Origin: Selaginella moellendorffii
Taxonomy: Eukaryota; Plantae; Lycopodiophyta
Direction of reading: 5' to 3'
Assembly (NCBI RefSeq): GCF_000143415.4
Contig: NW_003314261.1
Location: 4,628,691-4,692,690 of the forward strand
Length of the DNA: 64,000 bases
This document shows, piece after piece, positions 26,102 to 37,144 of the stretch. The translations under genes were made by a program, and so were the position numbers. The notes below the pieces were generated by a model. The model was not told the DNA's origin and did no database searches. It was given only the letters and a program-made list of their open reading frames with translations. Position 1 is the stretch's first letter; every line of letters begins with the position of its first letter.

Positions 26102-27605
26102 ATGCTGCAATGGATGGGAGGATCCCGGAAGAAGATCAAGCAGGTAAGGCTGATGTTCTCGCGATTCTTTCGTTTGATCGCATTTCTTGGTGCGCGAGAA
26201 GACCAGGAACTCTGTCGAGGCTAGGTATTGGTTGTAGTTTCTGATATTTCGATCGATGGAACACGGCTGCTGCGTAGGCAGAAGAGGTTTTTCGAGCAGC
26301 GCAGGCGCCTGGAGAGGGATCCGGCACAGCAGGCTGTGGGAAGATCTCGATCTCTTGATTTGCTGGGGCTTGAGAAGCTGTGCTCGGCTGCTCCAGTCGA
26401 AAGCTTGGACGATGAAAATCCCTTTGGGTGAGTCGATGGAGTAAGTTTTTCGCTCTGCTTATACTCGTTTTTTCGTTGCTTTAACACAAGGAGTAAAGAG
26501 ATGAAGCTGTGCTCTGCTGCTCCAGTCGAAAGCGTGGACGATGAAAATCCCTTTGGGTGAGTTAGAGAGAGCAATGGAGTAAGTTTTTCGCTCTGCTTAT
26601 ACTCGTCTTTTCGTTGCTTTAACACAGGAGGAAAGAGATCATCCTAGAAGCGAGGACTCCTTCTCCGGATCATCCTTCTGCGGTGATGAGTTACCAGCCT
26701 TCACGTCCAAAGACTGCTGCGAATGAATCGGAGAAACGAATCGATCCAGCTCCCAATGCTGCTGCTTGGAATGACTCCAAGGAACAAACCAAATTTTCTG
26801 GTATCGCTTCTCCCTCTCCCAAGGATGCTGCGAAACGATACGAGGAACAAATCAGCACCGCTGCTACTGCTGCTGCTGCGAAAAGATCCAAGGAACCAAT
26901 TTCCGCGGCTGCTTCTCCTGCTACCAGGAACTACAGTGAGAGTATCGACGGAGCGCAAAGCAGCGCGGGTGCTTGTCGCAACGAGCCGAGAGAGGGGAAG
27001 ATAGCACTCCCACATGAACGAGGTAAGAGGAACTTGATCCGGTTCTGGTGTTTATTTTCATTTGATCACGCAGGCATTTCCATTCTCGACATTCTTGAAG
27101 ATGACGAAATGCCGACCCAGAAGAGGCTGCGCGAAGGCTATGAAGACTTTCCCTGGGATACGATGAGAAGTCCTGCTCGTCAAAGGCGTGGCCCTGGATA
27201 TCTTCCAGTAGGCCGAGAGGAAATGTCACAGACCACTCAGCTCCCAAGCTTAAGGGAGGAGCCGAATGCGTACTTCGTTGAAGGGTAAGCCATTGTTTTC
27301 GTGAAGAATCAACTTTGCGGACGGATGTTTTATCAGGTTGACATCCGAGGAGGACGAGCCGCTGGCACTGGCACTTACATCAGGGAGCTTGTGGGAGGAA
27401 GGCAAAAGCTCGATGCTTCGCAAGACAGTTCCCGTGGTGACGTACGAACTCAGCAATGAGAATGAACAAGACGTGGATTTCTCGCACTGGGGTGCTGGAT
27501 GGAAACACTTTGACATGACGCTAGGAGGTATCTTTCCAGATTAAACTGTTCTTGCATTTTCTATTAAGTATCCCTGATCTAGATGATCCAGAAGAGAACT
27601 TCTAG
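26102..27605 (+). CDS. HEIP1: HEIP1 / REDIC1(C12orf40)-like class I crossover protein; multi-exon
   Basis: Spliced N-terminus MLQWMGGSRKKIKQ...RQKRFFEQRRR...RSLDLLGL matches the family signature (W.GGSR...QK.(Y/F)FE...SLD(I/L)L) as I recall it. The rest is low-complexity. Last exon inferred ...TLGDDPEENF* (TAG 27603-27605). Confidence 0.75.
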
Positions 27606-27620
27606 CATGAGGCCACGGCA

Positions 27621-29882
27621 ATGGGCATCTGGAGGAGGCACGGACAAAAGCCGACGCCGCTGCGAGGCACCCGGCGCAAGGCATCTCAAGCGCCACCACC
27701 ACAGGAAGATGAAAATCCGCAAGAGTTCGTCACCAAGCGCTACAGATACGCGTCTCTCCTGCGACAATGCGACAGCCTCGAGCAAGGCAAAACCATCCAC
27801 GAGCAAATGAGCAAGGATGGCTACGCCAGAGAGACGTACCTGGGAAACCTCTTGGTGGACATGTATGGCAAGTGTGGCAGCCTCCGAGACGCCGAGGCCG
27901 CGTTCCACACCATCCGCGAGAGGAACCTCTTCACCTGGACCATCGCCATGACGGCATTTGCCCAGAACGGGGACCCGCGGCAAGCCATCCACCTCTTCCA
28001 GGCAATGTGCCTCGACGGCGTGGAGCTCGACCGGGTGGCATTCGCGACGGCGGTGGGGGCGTGCTCCAGCCTGGGGGATCTCCACACCGGGCGCTCTCTC
28101 CACTCCACCATCGCCACCTCCAGCTTCCAGTCGGACGCGGTGCTCAGAGTCTCGCTCATCAACATGTACGCCAAGGCCGGGGAGTTCGCGCTGGCGGAAG
28201 ATCTCTTCCAGCGCCTGAAGCCCAAGAACGCTGTCGCCTACACCGCCTTGATCGCGGCATACTCCCAGTTTAAGATGGGCCGCGAAGCTCTGGGACTCTA
28301 CCGAGCCATGCACCTGGAAGGAGTTGCGCCAGACAAGGTGGCGATGCTGAGCGCTCTCGGTGCTTGCGCGAGCGAACCCGACGGTCGGGCGATCCACGCC
28401 TGTATCACCTGCTGTGGCTCCGACGGGGACGACACCGTCGCCAGCGCGCTCGTCAGCATGTATGGCCGCTTCCAGATGCTCGAGAGTGCGAAGAGTGTCT
28501 TCTTCCACCGCCGGGTTCCGCGATCCAGTGTCGAGCTCTGGAACTCGATGATCTCCGCGTACGTCCAGAGCGGGCACCACCGGGAGGCTCTCGAGCTCTT
28601 CGAGAAGATGGAGCTGGAAGGAGTGGCTCCGGACGTGGTCACCATCGTTGAGATCCTGGGAGTGTGCTCGGTGCTCCGCAAGCTGGACAAGGCGAGGATG
28701 ATCCACGCGCAGCTGCGAGCGAGGGTGGATGCGGACACTGCCGTGGTCGACTCGCTGCTCAATGTGTACCGCGAGTGCCGGAGTCTAGAGGACGCGGTAA
28801 CAGTTTTCCGGGAGGAAGCTGGCGGTGCTCGAGACTGCGTTGCCTGGAACACGATGATCGCCGCTTATGCCGAGTGTGGCGATCCCGGGATGGCCTTGAA
28901 GCTGTTTACGTTGATGGATCTTCACGGCGTGGAGCCGACGGAAGTGACGTACGTAGCGGTGCTGGGAGCGGCTAGCAGCCTCGGAGCTCTCACCCGTGGT
29001 GCTTCGCTCCACCACCGGATTCGCAGCTGCGGCCTTGACGAGCTTCCTTTTGTGAGCAACAGCCTGATGCAGTTTTACGGCTCCTGTGGACGTCTCAGCT
29101 CCGCCACCGCCGTTTTCCACTCCTTGGAACGCAGGGACGAGGTGTCGTGGAACACCATCATGGGGCTTTACACCCAGCACGGATGCTGCGACACGGCCCT
29201 GGCGGTCTTCCACGGCATGGAGCTCGAAGGCGTGAGAGCGAACGTCATAACGCTCACCAACGTTGTCACTGCCTGTACTGTCACCGGCGACGCGGCCATA
29301 GGCAAGTCCATCCACGCGAGAGTTTTGTCCATGGGACTGGAGCACCACTCGGCCGTCGGGAGCGCTCTGGTGGCCATGTACGGGAAGTTTGGAATGTTGG
29401 ACCGAGCAGTGTCTTGCTTCAACGACATCTCCGCCAAGAACACCGTCTCGTGGAACGCACTGATGACGGGCTTTGCTCAGCAAGGACAGTCGGTGGAGAC
29501 GGTCCAGCTCAGTCGTGCAATGCAGCTGCAAGGCATGGAGTCGGACGGTGCCACTTATCTCGTGGTGCTCTTCGCTTGCAGCCACGGAGGTCTGGTCGAG
29601 GAAGCGCTGTCATGTTTCTCCAACTTGGTCGAGGATGGCAGCGTTTCGGTGAATGACGAGCACTATGGATGCTTGATTGATCTTCTGGCCCGTGCTGGAT
29701 GGCTGGACCGGGCCGAGGATCTCTTCCGGAGCATGCCGTTCGAGCCCGACTCGACGTCTTGGATGAGCCTGGTTGGCGCTTGCAAGCTCCATGGAGACGC
29801 TGGCAGAGGTAACAGCGTTCCTGGGATTGATGACGCTAGCAGAGCAGCACCGTATGTGGTTGTGTCCAACATGCTAACGTGA
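27621..29882 (+). CDS. Intronless PLS-class pentatricopeptide-repeat protein ending in a partial E domain, no DYW
   Basis: Repeated LVDMYGKCGSL, WNxMIxAY and YGCLIDLLARAGWL motifs; ends PYVVVSNMLT*. Confidence 0.93.
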   Translation: MGIWRRHGQKPTPLRGTRRKASQAPPPQEDENPQEFVTKRYRYASLLRQCDSLEQGKTIHEQMSKDGYARETYLGNLLVDMYGKCGSLRDAEAAFHTIRERNLFTWTIAMTAFAQNGDPRQAIHLFQAMCLDGVELDRVAFATAVGACSSLGDLHTGRSLHSTIATSSFQSDAVLRVSLINMYAKAGEFALAEDLFQRLKPKNAVAYTALIAAYSQFKMGREALGLYRAMHLEGVAPDKVAMLSALGACASEPDGRAIHACITCCGSDGDDTVASALVSMYGRFQMLESAKSVFFHRRVPRSSVELWNSMISAYVQSGHHREALELFEKMELEGVAPDVVTIVEILGVCSVLRKLDKARMIHAQLRARVDADTAVVDSLLNVYRECRSLEDAVTVFREEAGGARDCVAWNTMIAAYAECGDPGMALKLFTLMDLHGVEPTEVTYVAVLGAASSLGALTRGASLHHRIRSCGLDELPFVSNSLMQFYGSCGRLSSATAVFHSLERRDEVSWNTIMGLYTQHGCCDTALAVFHGMELEGVRANVITLTNVVTACTVTGDAAIGKSIHARVLSMGLEHHSAVGSALVAMYGKFGMLDRAVSCFNDISAKNTVSWNALMTGFAQQGQSVETVQLSRAMQLQGMESDGATYLVVLFACSHGGLVEEALSCFSNLVEDGSVSVNDEHYGCLIDLLARAGWLDRAEDLFRSMPFEPDSTSWMSLVGACKLHGDAGRGNSVPGIDDASRAAPYVVVSNMLT

Positions 29883-29963
29883 TCTTGTTCAAGCGTTTCT
29901 GGCTAAGCTGAGAGCGCTTGAGTAAGCGAGAGACACTTAACTGGACGTTGATATTGTGGAGCT

Positions 29964-31232
29964 TTAGAGGTCCGTGCATCCCGCGAGCTCAGTTTCAATG
30001 AGCTCGATGCATTGGCCTACACTTTTACCAGTGTCCATGGCCTCGGCAAGCTTGCTGTGAAGAGCCAGGTGCCTCCGGAGGATGCTGACAGTGTTGAGCA
30101 CGGCCCATCTCACCTGGGAATCGGCCTTGAGTTGCGTGAAGTTGAGCCGTTTGAGAAGCTCGTCCAGCTGCAGGAAACTTTTTGTGAAACAGTGAATTTA
30201 GCTTCATCGTTCAATCACCTGTTGGATGTCTGATAGTCCCCCTTCTGCAAGCCCGAACTTAAGGAACTCTGTTGCTACACCAGCCAGCGCAACGCAAGCA
30301 TACTTGTTTAAAGTCTGCCATAAACCGCATAAGCAATGTGATATCCGCAGAAGTCATACCCCAGAAGATAGCTTTCCAGTGTTTACCTGCAAACAGGATC
30401 AGCTTCGGTACTTTGGAAGCAGGAAACTTGAAACTTACTTCCTCCTGGAACTCGAAATCCACGAAACTTGTCCCGGCTTGGACATTCAGTGAGCCATTCT
30501 TTCTGAAGGCATCAAGGCTTGACAATGTGTAGTCCGCGGGTAAAATTCCCATCAAGTAAGCCACCAGGAAATGCCCTGCCTCGTGCTGCAGAGGGAAACT
30601 ATTAACATGAGAGAAACTGGAAGAAATGCGTACCTGAGCTACTCTATTCTTGTACTTGCCGCTTACAACACGACCGAGAGTGTCAAGGAGCAACGCTTCC
30701 ACACCACCATTGTAGACAATCTGTTCTAGATGAATGAAAAAACAAAGAGGAAAGAAAAACTCTAGATTACCTGATCCAAAGTTCCAACAAAAAGAGCAAC
30801 AACAACACCGATGAGCAGCTGGAACTGATCAAGGTGGAAGAGCTGCCATGCTGCAATCCCTCCCGCCAAAGCTGCGAGCTGGAGATTTCTCCTCACCGTT
30901 CCGAGCGTGAAATCCACTGGCGATAGAAATCTGGCAGTGTCGATGCCGTTCAGCCGCAGCTCCTCCAGCGTGTAAATCCTCTGCGGGACCTGCGGCAACA
31001 CTGCGAGTGGATTCCAGCAAGAAAATCCTCCGATCCCTACCTGTCTCGCTGCTCCAAACGCCCGCAATCGCGCAGCCGCCAGCGCCAGCGCCTTGCGGTG
31101 ATCACCATTTCGGAGCTCGCGCTGCACGAGCGCCGCGGCATCGCTGACCTCGCTGCCGCTGGCGCGCCCTAGCGCCGATAGAACCACGCAGCGCCTGGCA
31201 TTACAAGAATGAAGAGAAGAGACAATAGCCAT
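29964..31232 (-). CDS. Chloroplast-type peptidase M41-like (FtsH protease domain only) 'stress-regulated' protein
   Basis: Spliced VPQRIYTLEELRLNGI...RVAQHEAGHFLVAYLMGILP...NVQAGTSFVDFEF; HEXXH zinc motif; transit-peptide-like N-terminus. Confidence 0.85.
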
Positions 31233-31275
31233 TGCGAGACGAGAATATTCCGGCTATTATACCCCTCTACGTGGT

Positions 31276-31348
31276 GGGGTTGTAGCTCAGATGGTAGAGC
31301 GATCGCTTTGCATGCGATAGGCAAGGGGATCGATGCCCCTCAACTCCA
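31276..31348 (+). tRNA. tRNA-Ala(UGC)
   Basis: Acceptor stem GGGGTTG/CAACTCC with G3:U70; anticodon arm ATCGC-TTTGCAT-GCGAT; T arm with ATCGATG loop typical of eukaryotic tRNA-Ala; oligo-T Pol III terminator at 31354-31360. Confidence 0.96.
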
Positions 31349-31936
31349 GCGGATTTTTTTAAAATTCAAATTTTAGCGGCAATACTTTTAAATTTCGGCG
31401 GGAATCGAGCACCAAATGAGGGGATAGAACCCTAGAAAACGAAGCGCGGCAATTGCGAGCAGAGTCGGGGGGGCGGGCACCTCTTCGAGGCCGCCCGCCC
31501 CTCGCCACTGCAAAGATCTCTCCTCCAATTCCTTCCTCCTTCCAGATCTTCCTCTCTTTTTGTTTCCACCGATCGAGGATCGGCCACCGACCACCAACAC
31601 CAAAACACGACGCACACACGCCGCCGCAAAGCCAGCGCGCAGCACATCCACGCTTGGCTTGGAAACAAGGGAAGAGAGGAGAGAAAAGAAGGGAAAACTT
31701 CCTCTTTTCTTGTTGGGTTGGACGGGAAGAAGGAAAAGAGGCTGAGTGGAGTGGAGTTTTAGTATATCCTTTGCTTCCCTTCGCCGGAATTTCTCCTCCG
31801 TTTGGATCGATCGACCAAAGCAATCTCGATCGATCCAAGGAGCCAAGAGCACAGCTGCTATGCCCAAGTTTCTCTCAACCTCAAGCTCAAGCTCTTCCCA
31901 GGATCGCTAGAACTGCAGGGAAGACTCCATGCCTTG

Positions 31937-33127
31937 ATGAATCCCGGCGAAGTTTTCCTGGACGAAGCGCGCCAGTTCTACGCGGGCTTCCGCAAGAGCT
32001 ACAACAATGCCTTGTACCACTCCCAGCAACAGCAGCAAGCGATCGATCTTCGCTACCACCACCAAGACCACCAGATGATCGCCACCACCATGGATCCCAA
32101 CCTCTGGTCGCACCTCCCGGACGACCTCCTCGACCGGATCCTCGCCTGGCTGCCCATCGACGCCTTCTTCCGCCTCGCCACCCTGTGCCGCCGCTGGTCC
32201 CGCCTCGCCACCTCCAAGAGCTTCCACGACCTGTGCGCCACCGTCCCCTCCACCGCCATCCTCTTCGTCAAGATCATCGCCTGCGACTGCCAGCAGCTCC
32301 TCACCACCTTCAGCCCCGCCGCCAGCCGCTGGTACAAGCTCCCGCTCGCCTTCCTCCCCCCAAACGCCGGCCTCCCCGTTGCCACTGCTCGAGGCCTCCT
32401 GTGCTTCACCAATCACTTCCAAGGCTACAACAACGACGAGTACACCGCCCTCTTCGTCTGCAACCCCCTCACCAAGGCCTGGCGCGAGCTCCCGCCGATG
32501 CTCTTCCACCACCGTCCCACGCTCGTCACCATGGTCGCCGACGCCGCCACCAAGTCCTACAAGCTCGTCGTCGCCGGCCGCTGGACCACCGAAGTCTACA
32601 GCTCCGCCACGAACTCCTGGAAGCGCTCCGCCTGCCTTCCTCGCGGAGAGGAGATCTCCCGCAACGTCGCACTGTGCAATGGAGTGCTCTACTGCCTCAC
32701 CCCGCGCTGGTACAATTGCTCGCTGCTCGCCTTTAGCCTCCAGCACGAGACCTGGATCAAGATCAAGACCGGGAGGCTGCCGGGATACTGCCAGTTTCGG
32801 AACTTGGTGGAGTGCAGCGGCCAGGTTGCCATCGTCGGGAAGTGTGTCCGCCACCAGGTGTTCACCATCTGCGTGTGGTTCCTGGACCAGCGGAGCTTGA
32901 AGTGGCGGGAAGTTGGCCGGATGCCAAAGGTGATGGCGGAGCACTTCCTGGTCATGCCGTCGGAGAGTTTCTACTGCTCGGGCATCCGAAACCTCGTCTT
33001 CCTCACGCGGGACAACTCGCACGACGGCGTTTTGTTTGACATCTCCACCAAGTCGTGGAGGTGGGTGCCGGACTGCCCGAACTTGGAAGGCATGGCGTTT
33101 GAGCCCCGGCTGGATGCTGTGCCGTAG
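31937..33127 (+). CDS. Intronless F-box protein with kelch-like/FBA beta-propeller
   Basis: WSHLPDDLLDRILAWLP F-box; VCNPLTKAWRELP; EVYSSATNSW; ends AFEPRL. Start codon uncertain (31937 or 32075). Confidence 0.9.
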   Translation: MNPGEVFLDEARQFYAGFRKSYNNALYHSQQQQQAIDLRYHHQDHQMIATTMDPNLWSHLPDDLLDRILAWLPIDAFFRLATLCRRWSRLATSKSFHDLCATVPSTAILFVKIIACDCQQLLTTFSPAASRWYKLPLAFLPPNAGLPVATARGLLCFTNHFQGYNNDEYTALFVCNPLTKAWRELPPMLFHHRPTLVTMVADAATKSYKLVVAGRWTTEVYSSATNSWKRSACLPRGEEISRNVALCNGVLYCLTPRWYNCSLLAFSLQHETWIKIKTGRLPGYCQFRNLVECSGQVAIVGKCVRHQVFTICVWFLDQRSLKWREVGRMPKVMAEHFLVMPSESFYCSGIRNLVFLTRDNSHDGVLFDISTKSWRWVPDCPNLEGMAFEPRLDAVP

Positions 33128-33280
33128 CCTCTTCTTTTCTCTCTCTCTCTCTCTCTTTGTTGTTCTTATGATTCTTCCATTGAATTCATCGATTGTAATC
33201 TGCAAAGTTTGCAAAAAGTTCTCCTCGTCAGTTTTACTAAGTGGTCAATCATTGAAGCGTACCTCGATGCTTTGCATCTT

Positions 33281-34908
33281 TCAAGTGCTTCCCATCTTGG
33301 ATAGATATTGCAATATAAAAGGATCAAGGCCTCCGTCCAGAACGGCTGTTGGATTCGTCACCTCGTAACCCGTTCGTAAGTCTTTTACGATTTGATAAGG
33401 CTGCAACAAAACGCTAGCATCAACAACGAGAGGATGATAAAACGGTTGGCTTACTTGCAATACATATGACCGAATCTGATTTCCCCATGAAATCTCATGG
33501 AGCGACTGAGTATGCTGCGCTGTTTCTTCAGTCTTCCGTTTCAGTTCCAGTTGGTACAGGCGAGAGCGAAGAACTTCCATCGCACTGTCTTTGTTTTTAT
33601 GCTGTGATCTGAGAGTAGCTAGTTAGAAAAATTGAACAAAGTTTAGCTTCGAGAAGATGAAGATACCGCTCGTTTTGGCATTGAACAGTGATTCCGGTTG
33701 GCTTGTGAACGATACGGATTGCACTGTCAGTTGTATTGACGTGTTGTCCACCGGCTCCACTGGAGCGAAATCGATCAATAACAAGGTCGGCCTCGTTTAT
33801 CTCAATCTCGGCTCCGGCATTGTCCAGGATTGGAATGACAGCCACCGCTGCAAATGACGTATGCCGCCGACCGGCCTCGTCGAAAGGAGAAATCCGGACA
33901 AGCCTGTGAACTCCGGCTTCCGTCTTCGCAAAACCATACGCAAAGTCACCTTCGAGTCGAAGTGTTGCACGCTTGAAACAATTTCGTCAGTGAAAATGGA
34001 GTTTGCAAAAAATGCACACCTTTATCCCCGCTCTATCGCCAGGCATTTCGTCGACCACGGCAGCTTCGAAGCCACGCTGCAGTGCCCATAGCTTGTACAT
34101 ACGAAGAAGCATTGCTGCAAAGTCCATACTTTCAGCTCCGCCAGCTCCTGCTTGCACCTGAAAGGAAAAACCATCAAAACTCGACCAAAGAAAGCAAGTA
34201 GATGGCTTTTACCTCTAGAAAGCACGGGCATCCATCGTTCTCTTCACACAAAAGTGCGAGTAACTCTTTGTCTTTCGCAGCCTTGCGCAGCGTAGCTAGA
34301 GCCGAGACTGCCTCCTGCACTGCCATATCAATAAAGCAAACTCACGCTTCAAATGGAAAAACAGAGAACAACTTCTCAGGAAAGATCACGAAACACTTAC
34401 TGCTTCTACTTGCTCGTCTTTCTCTTCTCGCGCCAGCTCCACGAGATCCACATTCTCCACCAGCTCGGACTCCATCTCCCGGATTTCCTTCACTCGCGAC
34501 GACAGTGATCCAAACTCTCGGCTATATCTCGACGCTCGAGCTGTGTCGCTCCACAAGTCCGGCTTCTCGAGCTCCTTTTCCAGATCTTTGAGCTTGGATA
34601 GAACATCTCCCCACTACGCAGAAAAAATATAAGAAGACATGGAAAGAGGAGCATACCTTCATTCTAGTCTTGACAAGCTGCATGGAGCGAGCGACGGCAG
34701 CGGCATGACTCTTCCAGTCCTTCTCATCTTCCGTGATCTGCCAATTCCTCGCAGCAATCGCGTCGCATCCGCTAATCTCTCGAGCTGGCTCCAGTTTTGC
34801 CGCCTTCTGCGAGCAAAGATTGAGAGCCGAGTGGAGGCCGCGCCTAGAAAACAAGCAATGCAGCCTCGGGGCGAGCAGCGTGGACAGCTTCTTGCTGCTG
34901 GCCGCCAT
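33281..34908 (-). CDS. PrfB2: Organellar peptide chain release factor 2 (PrfB2-like)
   Basis: Spliced [27 protein letters not shown] (SPF anticodon), [15 protein letters not shown] (GGQ), [20 protein letters not shown]. Confidence 0.9.
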
Positions 34909-35105
34909 CTCTCCGCCCAAAATTTCTTCACTCCCTCCTCATCGCTGCATTCTACCAGGAACCCTAAACCCTGTAACTTCAGCAAAATTCACAAAAGAGC
35001 TGTTCTAACAAAGACTGAAACAAAGCCATGTTGTTACTCGACCGCAAAGCAAGCAATTCCAGCCTCCTCCATGGTCTCCAACCAAAATTTTCCTGCGTTC
35101 TATCG

Positions 35106-36629
35106 CTACCACTTCAAGTATCCTCGCCGCCGCCGACTCGTTGGCGAATCCTCCGGAGAGGCCGAGCTAAACTTCGTGCCCCTGGAGCCGCTCGCGTAGC
35201 TGGTGCTGCTGCTGCTGCTGCTGCTGCTGGCGCTGTTCGCCTGCTTGCTGCTGCCCCCGATCCCTCGAAGCGAAAACTTGCGAGAGGAAGTCTTCAAACT
35301 TCTTTCGGAGATTGGCAGCATGTCCCGCTCTTGCGACGCAGACGAGAAGATCCTCAGTCCAGACTCCGGGTCGTCGGAAAGCTGCTTGTTCTTAGCGCAA
35401 ACCGGCGTCGTCGTCGTCGATCCACGCAAGCTGTAGCTCTTGAGCAGCCTCCTCGGGAATAGATTGCCACCACCCAAGCATTGCGGACACGGAGGATCCT
35501 GTCGCTCGGACTCGGACGTTGCCTGCTCCAAGCAGTCGGCATGAAAGACGTGACCGCAGGCCAGCACTCCCACACTCGGCGGATCCAAGTTCCCCACCAT
35601 CTTGTGAGAGCTCAGCGGAGACCTCTGTGACAGCCAGCGGGAGCAAAGGCCACAGACGAACGCCTCGAGGCTGGTCGACGCATAGCCAGCGGCTTTTATC
35701 CTCTCCAGTGCGGCCAGCTCGAGCTCTGCTAATCCAACCAAGTCCTCGCCACCGCCGTCACTCATCCATCGCAGCCTGTCCCGCCGAGAAGATGCGACTA
35801 GCTCCGAGAAAGCGACCATCGACCAGTCGGAGGTTGTCCCGCCGAGCGATTCGACGTCCCCGCTCTCGGATCTTCTCGTGGAGGAGAAGGCTCCTTCGTT
35901 AGCTCTGCTACTGCCTACGTTTGTCAGCCCGCATTTGTGCGGCTTCTCCCGAAGTGTCTTGGAGAACTTGGATACAAAGCTGTTGTTGCTGCTGCTGCTG
36001 CTACTGCCGCCGCTGTTGTGCACGACCGGCTTAATCGAAGGTTGCGTTGGACAGTCTTTAGAAATCGAGGTCAGCGATGAACGCGACTCCGGGGTGTTAA
36101 AAGTACCCTGGAAAGCAAACCATGCAAACGCTTTGAGAAGCAAATTAGAGAAGAGTGATCAAAACAGGCACGGCATACGTCTTTTGAAGATGTGATCGTC
36201 GTACATGGACTACAGCTCGAATCTGCAACAAGACTCCAAAATTATTACCAGTACGATGAAGAAAAATTTGACCCAAGACTGAGACCCACCTAGTGGAAGA
36301 GGAGCCAGATCTACCAAGGGGCACACTTGACAGGAGCTCAAAGGATTGAGATGCGAGGCCCGAAAGCTGCTGGATGGGCTGGGATCCGGCGAAAAAATCC
36401 CACCCGAGAATGCTCGTTGGTGACCCACGAAACGAGAGCTTCCACGCCGGCTGCCCCTGCTGCTGGAGGAGAGAGAAGACCTGTAGAGATTCCCAGTGGC
36501 CTCTGGAAACGACTTTCCATCCCAGCGCGGCGAGAAATCCCCATTTGAGCGCCAGTGCGCGGGATCCGCCGGCCAGCGCTCCTGGCCCCCAGACTGCTTT
36601 CTCACTGGCACGCAGCAAACAGACCCCAT
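35106..36629 (-). CDS. RING-type zinc-finger protein with MGSVCC acylation-like N-terminus
   Basis: CGLC...LACGHVFHADCLE...DPPCPQC; Ser-rich linker; exon structure approximate. Confidence 0.8.
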
Positions 36630-37144
36630 TCCCTCCTCGTCAAGAGAAACAGGAAATTCCTCCTAGATTCCTGGGAACTGCCACATCTCCACCCGAAATT
36701 TCAATGCCTGGATGGAAAACCTATGCATGCCCGCCAAGAAAGTCGCCCGCTGGCGCCTGGCGATCGATGCTCGCTGAGAATCTCCACTCCAGCAGCTCAA
36801 GATGTGCATTCGCCGACACCGTAGCTCCCATGCCCGATCTACACAGCGTCACGATACCTCAGGCCGCGGCCGAGTAATCCGACGCTCCCGACGCCGATCC
36901 TCACGCGGAGCCGCGCGGCGCCGCCATCGCCTGCCGCGTCACGCCGACCGCCCCGCCCAAGCCCTCAAGAACACGGGGATGGATTGAACAGCGCTCCATG
37001 GCGCTCCGGAGATTCGAACCACAGACCGTTAGCTTAACAGAAAAAATATATATTTCACTTTGAGCGCAAGCGCATATTCTGCCAGAAAAAAGGGATTTTC
37101 TGGTAAAATACTTTACAAATTCCGCCAAGCGCATATTCTGGTGC

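Noticed and set aside
27579-33214. Long antisense or alternate-frame ORFs over the PPR and F-box genes (375 aa, 427 aa, 435 aa)
   Set aside because: Shadow ORFs expected from GC3-rich intronless coding sequence; no recognisable motifs.
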